From contig CAYNLG010000009.1 in assembly GCA_964397995.1 (NCBI GenBank), positions 1,089-65,088 of the forward strand: 64,000 nucleotides of DNA. Direction: 5' to 3'. Position numbers and translations under genes: made by a program. Below, one piece after another: positions 56,517 to 64,000 of this stretch; position 1 is the stretch's first letter; every line of letters begins with the position of its first letter. The stretch is from an uncultured Anaerolineales bacterium. Its GTDB lineage: Bacteria > Planctomycetota > Phycisphaerae > FEN-1346. The notes beneath the pieces are model-generated. The model searched no databases. It was not told the DNA's origin and saw only the letters and a program-made list of their open reading frames with translations.

Positions 56517-57932
56517 ATGCCCTCAGCCGAGCGCGCGCCGTCTGCCCCCGACCGGCCGAACATCGTCTTCGTCTTCGCCGATGACTGGGGCTGGGGCGAC
56601 CTCGGCTGCTACGGCCACCCGTACGTCCGCACGCCCCATCTCGACGCCCTGGCCGCCGAGGGGCTCCGCTTCACCCAGTTCTACGTCTGCTCCGGCGTCT
56701 GCTCGCCCAGCCGCGCCGCCGTCCTGACGGGCCGGTTCCCCGCCCACTGGGGCATCCACGGCCACTTCGCCACGCGCGCGCACAACGCCGAGCGAGGCAT
56801 GCCGAACTGGCTGGACCCGGCGGCCGTGACGTACACGCGCCTCCTGCAGAGCGCCGGCTACGCCGTCGGCCACTTCGGCAAGTGGCACCTCGGCCACGGC
56901 GACGGCGCCCCGCCGCCCGCGGACTACGGCATCGACGTCTCCCGCGTCACCACCGGCAACGGCCCGCGCTTCGACTGGCACGATGTCTACGGCGACCGCG
57001 TCCCTTTCTTCCCGCGGACCGGCCTCGACACCCTCGCCGGGCCGCGCAGCCGCTCCAGCGAGCGCATCGTCGACGAGACCCTCGCCTTCATCGAGGCCCG
57101 CCGCGACGGGCCGTTCCTCGTCAACGTCTGGCTCAACGACACCCACGCCACCCTCGACCCCGACGAGACCCAGCTCGAGCCCTACCGGCACCTGATGCCC
57201 GTCGGCGTGGAGCACAAGCACGTCGGCGCCAAGGCCATCTATGCCGCCACCGTCACCGAGGCCGACCGCCAGGTGGGCCGCTTGGTCGCGCGGCTCGACG
57301 AGCTGGGCCTGGGCGAGAACACCGTCGTCATCTTCTCGGCCGACAACGGGCCGGAGGACATCGTCATCGGCAACGCCTCGCACAGCGGCGTCGGCAGTCC
57401 CGGTCCGTTCCGCGGCCGCAAACGCAGCCTGTACGAAGGCGGCGTGCGGACGCCGTTCATCGTCCGCTGGCCCGGCCGCGCCCCCGCCGGCCGCGTTGAT
57501 GACGATACGCCGCTCTGCGGCGTGGACCTGCTGCCGACCTTCTGCGCCCTGGTTGGCGCCGACGTCCCGGCGGCCGCCGCCTGCCAGGGCGAGGACATGA
57601 CCGAGGCGCTGTGCGGTCGGCCGCGGGGCCGCACCACGCCGCTGTTCTGGGAGTGGCGGTTCCACGTTGTCGGCCACGTCCTCAACCGCAGCCCGGCCCT
57701 GGCCGTCCGCCGCGACAACTGGAAGCTGCTCGTCAACCCCGACGGCAGCCGCGCCGAACTCTACGACGTGCCGTCCGACCCGACGGAGCTCGCGAACCGC
57801 GCCGCCGCCGAGCCGGGCGTCGTCCGCCGCCTCCGCGACGAGGTCATGGCCTGGCACGAGACGCTGCCCGAAGGGCCGTGGGCCGATGGCGCCGGCTCCA
57901 ACGCCTACCCCTGGCCGCGCGCCTCGGCATAG
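56517..57932 (+). CDS. sulfatase (formylglycine-dependent arylsulfatase family)
   Basis: PNIVFVFADDWGWGDLGCYGH and the CSPSRAAVLTGR active-site C-x-P-x-R motif. Confidence 0.85.
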   Translation: MPSAERAPSAPDRPNIVFVFADDWGWGDLGCYGHPYVRTPHLDALAAEGLRFTQFYVCSGVCSPSRAAVLTGRFPAHWGIHGHFATRAHNAERGMPNWLDPAAVTYTRLLQSAGYAVGHFGKWHLGHGDGAPPPADYGIDVSRVTTGNGPRFDWHDVYGDRVPFFPRTGLDTLAGPRSRSSERIVDETLAFIEARRDGPFLVNVWLNDTHATLDPDETQLEPYRHLMPVGVEHKHVGAKAIYAATVTEADRQVGRLVARLDELGLGENTVVIFSADNGPEDIVIGNASHSGVGSPGPFRGRKRSLYEGGVRTPFIVRWPGRAPAGRVDDDTPLCGVDLLPTFCALVGADVPAAAACQGEDMTEALCGRPRGRTTPLFWEWRFHVVGHVLNRSPALAVRRDNWKLLVNPDGSRAELYDVPSDPTELANRAAAEPGVVRRLRDEVMAWHETLPEGPWADGAGSNAYPWPRASA

Positions 57933-57964
57933 GCGCAGACCGGCGTGCGCGGCATTGCCGTTGC

Positions 57965-58050
57965 CGTATGTGGCACGGGCTTCCCGCCCGTGAGTTTGGC
58001 TTGCATGCCGTTCTGCTGTCGGCGTATGTGGCACGGGCTTCCCGCCCGTG
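57965..58050. repeat. two identical 28-bp direct repeats (CGTATGTGGCACGGGCTTCCCGCCCGTG), each containing a 7-bp hairpin, 58 bp apart
   Basis: Copies at 57965-57992 and 58023-58050. Each carries CACGGGC-TTCCC-GCCCGTG. A third TGTGGCAC core occurs at 58097-58104. They lie in the convergent intergenic region between the sulfatase and the radical-SAM gene. Confidence 0.7.
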
Positions 58051-58181
58051 GCCTCCGCTTTCTTTGGTCTTGCCGCGCCATGGACTGCGGTGCCTCTGTG
58101 GCACCGCCATGGCTGTCGTCTGATGTCTTGCCGTTTCCACACCCGGCACGGCCCGCCGACGCGATGGTCATTGCGCCATGC

Positions 58182-59309
58182 CTAACTGAACGTCACGTAC
58201 GCGGCCGCCTTCGCCAGGCGTCTGCCCGGCCGCCCGAGAGCGTCCATCCGCGCGATCCGCCCGCCGCCCTTCCGCAGGGCCAGGATGTGCCTCACCGTCA
58301 CGGGGCCGAACCCCGGGACGCGCAAAAGGTCACGCCGCGCCGCCCGGTTCACGTTGAGCGGCCACCGCTCCGGATGCCGCCGGGCCCAGAGTTCCTTCGG
58401 GTCCGCGTCCAGGGGCAGGGCTCCCGACCCGTCGAAGCCGATCTCCTCGTCCGTGAACCCGTATTTGCGGATCAGGAAGTCGACTTGGTACAGCCGGTGT
58501 TCCCGCGTCGCCAAGGCCCGCGGGTCCGGCCCGCCCGTCCGCTCGCCCGGCAGCGCCGCGTCGCCCAGGCCCTTCTGGTACGCGCTGAAGTAGACCCGCG
58601 CCAGGCCCAGCCGCCGGTACAGGCCGAAGGTCGCCCGGACGATCTCGGCGTCGGTCTCCGTCGATGCGCCGACGATGAACTGCGTCATCTGCCGCACCCG
58701 CGGGAACCGGCTCCCGCGCCCCGTCAGGCCGCTGATCAGCCGGACCGGCCGCACGATGTCGCGGGCGTAGTCCTTGCGGCTGGAGAGGGCGGCCATGGCC
58801 GCACGCGTCGGCACCTCGACATTGACGCTGACGGTGTTGGCGACCGCGCAGCACGCCTCGATGGCCGCGTCGCTCGACCCCGGTAGGACCTTCAGGTGAA
58901 GGTACCCGCCGTAGGCGTGCTTCCGCCGCAGGATCTCCGCCACCGCGACCATGCGGTCCATCGTGTGGTCCGGCCCCCGCACGACGCCGGAGGAGAGGAA
59001 GAGGCCGTGGACCTGGCCGCGCCGGACGTAGGCCATGAACGCGTCGGCGACCTCCTCGGGCCGGAGCGTGCAGCGTCGGGTGTCGCGGTCGCGCCGCAGG
59101 GGGCAGTACCGGCAATCGTTGACACACGCGCTTGACAGGAGCGTCTTCAGCATGACGCTCTGCCCGCCGCGCGGAAGCGACGTCGGGTAGACCCACAGCC
59201 CGTCGTCCGACCGCTGCCGGTGGTCCGGCCCGCTCCGCGTCCCGCACGCGCACGAGAGGTCGTACCGTGCCTCGTCGGCCAGCACCTTCAGCTTGTCGGT
59301 GGTATCCAT
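58182..59309 (-). CDS. putative DNA modification/repair radical SAM protein with C-terminal helix-hairpin-helix (TIGR03916-like)
   Basis: CVNDCRYCPLRRD (CxxxCxxC) radical-SAM cluster, a TIM-barrel body, and C-terminal LLRVPGFGPVTVRHILALRKGG. Confidence 0.75.
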   Translation of the reverse strand: MDTTDKLKVLADEARYDLSCACGTRSGPDHRQRSDDGLWVYPTSLPRGGQSVMLKTLLSSACVNDCRYCPLRRDRDTRRCTLRPEEVADAFMAYVRRGQVHGLFLSSGVVRGPDHTMDRMVAVAEILRRKHAYGGYLHLKVLPGSSDAAIEACCAVANTVSVNVEVPTRAAMAALSSRKDYARDIVRPVRLISGLTGRGSRFPRVRQMTQFIVGASTETDAEIVRATFGLYRRLGLARVYFSAYQKGLGDAALPGERTGGPDPRALATREHRLYQVDFLIRKYGFTDEEIGFDGSGALPLDADPKELWARRHPERWPLNVNRAARRDLLRVPGFGPVTVRHILALRKGGGRIARMDALGRPGRRLAKAAAYVTFS

Positions 59310-59324
59310 GGTGCGCTCAGGGCC

Positions 59325-59939
59325 TCATACAAGCGCCCCCTCCGTCAGGGACCGCACCCCTCGCCCGGCTCGGAGCCCACGCGGGCCACGCAAGGTATGT
59401 CTCGCCGACCGATGGCGCCGGGCGCTCCGCCGGACCGGCCGTCTCCAAGGAGAGCGCGACGGCATCCGCCGGGTTCGCCCGGGCCTCCGCAACCGTATCG
59501 CCCTGGCTTGCCACGTCCAGGCTGGGGCAGAGGGCGACGTAGGCGTGCCTTCGCGGTAGATTACCGCGGCGACCACCCTCTGGGCCCAAGGCACCCCCTT
59601 ACCCGTCGGGCGCAGCGGGCCGCGGCAAGTACGCAGCCGCCCGCGGGCCTGTGCTGTGTGTCGCCAAGACGGCCTCTTCCAGCGTGGAGCCAACGAGCCG
59701 TACCGGCGGATCATCTCGCGCATGAACTCGCGCGACGGGTCGCCGCGCCACCCCTCCGTCACACACTCATGCGCGGCCGCTACCTCGCGGAGCGTCTCGT
59801 CCGTCCACGGGTGTGGCGGCAGGTGGGGGGCGTCCTGGTAAAGGTCCTCGCGGCGGGGGGCCTCGGCCGGGTCGACCGGCCCGTGGTGCAGGCAGTCCAT
59901 GTGGATGTAGCCCTCGTCCATCGGCCGGATGTCGAGCAT
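59325..59939 (-). pseudogene. upstream partner ORF of the radical-SAM gene, possibly a UDG-like (TIGR03915-type) partner, apparently disrupted by a frameshift near 59700 and an in-frame TAA near 59600
   Basis: The first ~85 codons have GC3 above 90%. After ~59700, GC3 in that frame falls to ~70%, while a second frame carries high GC3 from 59700 to 59320, interrupted by a TAA. That second frame contains a CPSLDV segment that may correspond to the family-4 UDG HPS motif. Confidence 0.3.
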
Positions 59940-60002
59940 TGAGGGCGCAGACCTCCCTCGCGGGCGCGCGGACGGCGCACGGCCCGGGTGACGCGTGGGG
60001 CC

Positions 60003-60602
60003 TCAGTACTTACGCAACACGCCGATGACGACGCCCTGGATGCGGCACTCGTCGACGTAGATCGGCTCCATCTCCGGGTTGGCCGGCTGGAGCCGGATGC
60101 GGCCGCCCTCCTTGTAGAACTTCTTGAGGGTGGCGTCGCCGTCCTGGAGCAGGGCGACGACCGTCTCGCCGTTGCGGGCGGTGGTCCGCTTCTCGACGAT
60201 CACGTAGTCGCCGTCGCGGATCTGCTCGTCGATCATCGAGGTGCCGCGGACCTGGAGGACGAACGTCTCGCCCGGCCGCCCCCCGAAGAGGCTCTCGACG
60301 TCCAGCACCTCCGGGTCTTCGACGGCCTCGATGGGGCTGCCGGCGGCGATGCGGCCCACCAGGGGCAGCTGGCCGGCGTCGGGGGCGAACTGCGGCGCCA
60401 GCGAGATGGTCCGCGTCCGCGTGGGCTCCCGCGAGAGCGCGCCCTTGGCCTCCAGGGCCTCGATGTGCTCGAAGACCGTGGGCCGCGACACGCCCAGGTG
60501 GTCGGCAATCTCCTGCATCGTCGGCGCATACTCGTACTCGGCCGTGTAGTCCCGGATGAACTCGACGATTTCGAGCTGCCGGGGGGTGAGGTGGATCTCC
60601 AT
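60003..60602 (-). CDS. lexA: LexA repressor
   Basis: N-terminal wHTH (LTPRQLEIVEFI...PTMQEIADHLGVSRPTVFEHIEALEAKG) and S24 peptidase domain (QVRGTSM ... VIVEKRTTARNGETVVA ... TLKKF). The 376-aa ORF extension upstream is spurious. Confidence 0.9.
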   Translation of the reverse strand: MEIHLTPRQLEIVEFIRDYTAEYEYAPTMQEIADHLGVSRPTVFEHIEALEAKGALSREPTRTRTISLAPQFAPDAGQLPLVGRIAAGSPIEAVEDPEVLDVESLFGGRPGETFVLQVRGTSMIDEQIRDGDYVIVEKRTTARNGETVVALLQDGDATLKKFYKEGGRIRLQPANPEMEPIYVDECRIQGVVIGVLRKY

Positions 60603-61538
60603 GACCAGGGTCCTTAGGTTCGCGTTCAGGGTCCGATCTATCCGGCATCGGGCCGCCCGGGCGCGGCACCTCCACCCCCGCCCGGTGTTCGCCGGACGGA
60701 AGGCCGCCCCCCGGCAGGGGGGCGCCGAGGCACCGACCGGGCCGGGAGCCCGCGGCGCGCATGCACCGGCCGACAGCGCCCCCCGGCGCCCCGGCTGGTG
60801 CGGGAGAACGGCCAGGCCGCATGTCATACGTTCGGTCGGAGGGTCAGCCACCGCGAAGGGAGGGGCCGGAGTCCGGGGAGGACCCCGGCCCGCCTTCATG
60901 GCTGCGTCGCCGGTGGGTGCGGCAACGCGTGAAATCGCGCGATCCGGGCCGACGGGATGCTGCGGGGGCCGGTCGGGTGGGGAGAGGTCGACCGGTCCGG
61001 GCCCGTGTGGGGGACGGGTCCGGCCGCGAGGGACGGCCACGCCGGCGGGCCGCGGGTGGGGACCGCGGGGGCCGGGGGGTCGCGCTGGCTGACGCGGGGG
61101 CTCGCCGATCGCCGTGCCGGCGAAGCCCCTCAAAGGTCTTGATGAACCTGGGCGAGCGGAGCGGGGCGGGGCGAGGCGGCCGGGCTGGGAAGGGGCACGG
61201 GATAACTCCCCAGCCGCGGCCCGCGCTCACCTTCACCGTGTCCGTCGCGGCCGCGCCTGCCCGGGGAGCCTGCTTGACCCTCCGGTGGGCGGCCGGTATA
61301 AGCGCCTGAGCCGTTCACGGGATGCCAAGGATCGTTGCCGCTCGTCGTTAGGGCAATGATAGCCTAACATGCCCCGTACGTCAACCCGAAAATCGGGAAA
61401 TCCGGCCCGGCCCTTTAGCGAAATCCGTCGTCGGAATCCGAACGAATCCCTAACATCTTGTCCCGGCCGGACTTACGTTCGTGAAAAATCTTCCCGCGCC
61501 CGGCGAAAAAGTCGCCGCGACGCCCCCCGGGGAGGCCC

Positions 61539-62639
61539 ATGGCCCGACTTCGCGCGACCGTCCGCGACCGTCTCGACGCCTTTCGCCGCGCCGTCCGTCG
61601 CGGCGGGGCACGCTCGGCGCTCGTCACCCACCCGACCGACATCCGGTACCTCTCGGGCTTCGCCGGCGACGATTCGTGGCTGTTCGTCACGCCGTCGGCG
61701 GCGACGCTCGTCACGGACTTCCGGTACGCCGAGCAGGCCGAGCGCGAGTGCCCGGGCGTCGGGCTCATCGTCCGCCCGGGACCCATCGCGGAGGCGTTGG
61801 CGGCCGAGGTCCGGCGGCGCGGTCTCACGGCCCTGGCCTTCGACAGCGAGCGGGTCAGCGTGGCCGAGCGTGAGCGCCTGGGCGCGGCCCTGGCGGGGGT
61901 TGAGCTGGTGCCGCTGGCGTCGCCGACGCGGGCGCTCCGCATGCACAAGGACGCGACCGAGCGCCGGGCCGTCGTGCGGGCCATCGAGGTGGCCGAAACG
62001 GCCTTCGCGGCGTTCCGGAAGGCGATCCGCCAGGGGATGACGGAACGCCGCCTGGCCGCCGAACTCGACGGGCGGCTCCGCCTGGCGGGGGCGGAGGCCC
62101 CGGCGTTTCCGACCATCTGCGCGATCGACGCCTCGGCCGCCATGCCCCACGCCCGCCCGGGCGAGGCCCGCCTGAAGCGCGGTTCGGTGCTCCTGGTGGA
62201 CTTCGGGGCCCGGGTTGAGGGGTACGTGTCCGACTTGACACGCTGCCTGGTGGCCGGTAGAATCCCGGCCCACGTCCGCGAGGTTTACCGGGCGGTTCTT
62301 GAAGCACAGGCGGCGGGTATCGCCCGCGCCGGCCCCGGTGTGAGCCTGCGGGACGTGGACGCCGCCGCCCGCCGCGTCATCGAGGACGCCGGCTTCGGCG
62401 ACGCCTTCGGCCACGGGCTGGGCCACGGCATCGGCCTGGACGTGCACGAGCCGCCGGCGGTGAGCCCGCGGAGCGCGGCCGAGGCGGTGCTGGAACCGGG
62501 CATGGTGGTGACGGTGGAGCCGGGGGTGTACCTCCGGGGGCGGTTCGGCATCCGGATCGAAGACGACGTGCTCGTCACCCGCCGCGGGTGCCGGGTGCTC
62601 TCGAGCCTGGCGAAGGACCTGGAGGCGATGGTCCTGTAG
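61539..62639 (+). CDS. pepP: Xaa-Pro aminopeptidase / M24 family metallopeptidase
   Basis: Pita-bread fold metal ligands: VDFGARVEGYVSDLTR, HGLGHGIGLDVHE, VEPGVY, IRIEDDV. Confidence 0.85.
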   Translation: MARLRATVRDRLDAFRRAVRRGGARSALVTHPTDIRYLSGFAGDDSWLFVTPSAATLVTDFRYAEQAERECPGVGLIVRPGPIAEALAAEVRRRGLTALAFDSERVSVAERERLGAALAGVELVPLASPTRALRMHKDATERRAVVRAIEVAETAFAAFRKAIRQGMTERRLAAELDGRLRLAGAEAPAFPTICAIDASAAMPHARPGEARLKRGSVLLVDFGARVEGYVSDLTRCLVAGRIPAHVREVYRAVLEAQAAGIARAGPGVSLRDVDAAARRVIEDAGFGDAFGHGLGHGIGLDVHEPPAVSPRSAAEAVLEPGMVVTVEPGVYLRGRFGIRIEDDVLVTRRGCRVLSSLAKDLEAMVL

Positions 62640-62713
62640 GTGGTTGCCTCGCAAGGGGTTGCGTGCGAGGCGTCGCGGCCGCCGGCCGCGGCAGGGCATG
62701 TGGGGAGAGGCCG

Positions 62714-63202
62714 ATGGCAGACGAGAGGCCCGAGGACCGGCCGGCCGAGACGGGGCGCCGCCGGCTCGACGTGGACGCCGTCCGCGAGTTGCTCGACCTG
62801 ATGGCCGAGCACGAGCTGGCGGAACTGGAGATCGAGCAGGACGACTTGGCGGTCCGGCTTCGGAAGGCGTTCAGCGGCCCGGTGCCGGCCCCTCCCGCGG
62901 CCGCGCCCGCCGCCCCGGCCTCTGCCGCGCCCCCACCCGCCGCCGCGCCCGCCGACGAGGGCCTCGTCCACATCACCTCGCCCATGGTGGGCACCTTTTA
63001 CGCGGCGTCCGGGCCGGACGCGGCCCCGTTCGTCCAGGTTGGCGACCACGTGGCCGAAGACACCGTCGTCTGCGTCATCGAGGCGATGAAGGTCTTCAAC
63101 GAGATCCGGGCCGAGACGAGCGGCACCATCGAGAAGATTCTCACCGCCAACGCCGATGCCGTGGAGTTCGGGGAGCCCATGTTCGCCGTCCGGCCGGACT
63201 AG
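62714..63202 (+). CDS. accB: acetyl-CoA carboxylase biotin carboxyl carrier protein
   Basis: Ala/Pro linker and the biotinyl-lysine motif [12 protein letters not shown]. Confidence 0.9.
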   Translation: MADERPEDRPAETGRRRLDVDAVRELLDLMAEHELAELEIEQDDLAVRLRKAFSGPVPAPPAAAPAAPASAAPPPAAAPADEGLVHITSPMVGTFYAASGPDAAPFVQVGDHVAEDTVVCVIEAMKVFNEIRAETSGTIEKILTANADAVEFGEPMFAVRPD

Positions 63203-63221
63203 GCGGCGGGTGAGAGGGACC

Positions 63222-64000
63222 ATGTTCTCACGCATCCTGGTCGCGAATCGGGGCGAGATTGCGCTGCGGGTCATCCGCGCCTGCCGCGAGCTCGGCATTG
63301 AGGCCATTGCCGTCTATTCCCAGGCCGACGCGGGCGCCCGGTACCTGGACCTGGCCGACGACGCCCTCTGCATCGGCCCGGCGGCCCCGGCCCAGTCGTA
63401 CCTGAACATCGCGCGGATCATCTCGGCGGCCGAGGTGGCCGACGTCGACGCCATCCATCCGGGGTACGGGTTCCTGGCCGAGAACGCCCACTTCGCCGAG
63501 GTCTGCCGCAGCTGCAACATCGAGTTCATCGGCCCGAGCGTCGAGGCCATGCAGCGCCTCGGCGACAAGGTCGAAGCCCGCCACATCGCCGAGACGGCCA
63601 AGATCTACACGATTCCCGGCTCCTCGGCCGCCCTGGACGACGAGCAGGAAGCCCTCCGCCTCGCCCACGAGATCGGCTACCCGGTGATCGTGAAGGCGGC
63701 CGCCGGCGGGGGCGGGCGCGGCATGCGGATTGCCCACAACGACATCACGCTGAACCAGGCCGTCGGCCAGGGCCGCGCCGAGGCCGAGGCCGCCTTCGGC
63801 GACGGCCGCGTCTACCTCGAAAAGCTCATCGAGGGCGCCCGCCACGTCGAGGTCCAGGTCCTCGCCGACGCCCGCGGCGCCTGCGTGCACCTGTGGGAGC
63901 GCGACTGCTCGTGCCAGCGGCGGCACCAGAAACTCGTGGAGGAGTCGCCCTCGCCGGCCATCAGCCGCCGCACCCGCGAGAAACTCTGCGACGCCGCCGT
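63222..64000 (+). CDS. accC: acetyl-CoA carboxylase biotin carboxylase subunit (partial; continues beyond the window)
   Basis: [26 protein letters not shown] and the ATP-grasp motifs. Truncated at the window edge. Confidence 0.95.
   Translation, partial: MFSRILVANRGEIALRVIRACRELGIEAIAVYSQADAGARYLDLADDALCIGPAAPAQSYLNIARIISAAEVADVDAIHPGYGFLAENAHFAEVCRSCNIEFIGPSVEAMQRLGDKVEARHIAETAKIYTIPGSSAALDDEQEALRLAHEIGYPVIVKAAAGGGGRGMRIAHNDITLNQAVGQGRAEAEAAFGDGRVYLEKLIEGARHVEVQVLADARGACVHLWERDCSCQRRHQKLVEESPSPAISRRTREKLCDAA

Noticed and set aside
57968-58104. Sigma54 (-24/-12) promoters in the TGGCAC repeats
   Set aside because: TGGCAC is present, but the required GC element (TTGCW) at the correct 4-5 nt spacing is absent in all three copies.

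Overview
This is a 64-kb window of about 70% GC bacterial chromosome; gene content and the LEPR-XLL motif suggest a Planctomycetes-like organism. Most of it is housekeeping genes. There is no CRISPR array and no rRNA.

The left ~4.5 kb holds a small integrase-bearing integrative element. It carries four translationally coupled small genes (HTH protein, Cys-rich protein, AlpA/excisionase-like, DnaB-N plus AAA_25 primase-helicase-like), a leaderless XRE regulator behind a near-consensus sigma70 promoter, and a tyrosine integrase interrupted by an in-frame TAG. The element ends at a tRNA/tmRNA-like 3-prime fragment that is probably an att core.

Next is an accessory block: a LEPR-XLL beta-helix protein, an 1151-aa HEAT-repeat membrane protein, a decayed type III restriction Res/helicase fragment with an in-frame TGA, and a secreted GH-A-like hydrolase.

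The core genes are:
- ccsB-ccsA (system II cytochrome c biogenesis), a Gfo/Idh/MocA oxidoreductase, pcm, an FAD flavoprotein, and a GAF-GGDEF protein with a degenerate GGDEF motif
- a DUF62 SAM hydroxide adenosyltransferase coupled to bioA-bioD
- tRNA-Val(GAC), arsR, an NCS2 permease, dapB, thrC, and a HExxH secreted protein
- an unusually large secA (1796 aa), efp, a prepilin peptidase, an OmpA-like lipoprotein, hisH-hisA, an EF-G paralog, cysE, HU, ychF and cinA
- a MerR / ECF sigma / anti-sigma cluster, ribD, lspA, dksA, and an esterase
- a one-carbon/methionine block (HMT-MTHFR fusion, fhs, folD, metK) and a sulfatase
- a radical-SAM gene with a decayed UDG-like partner next to lexA, then pepP, accB and a partial accC

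The most notable observations are the integrative element with three independent nonsense-disrupted accessory genes, the hyper-expanded SecA, and the lexA-linked radical-SAM/UDG-like pair whose partner is broken.
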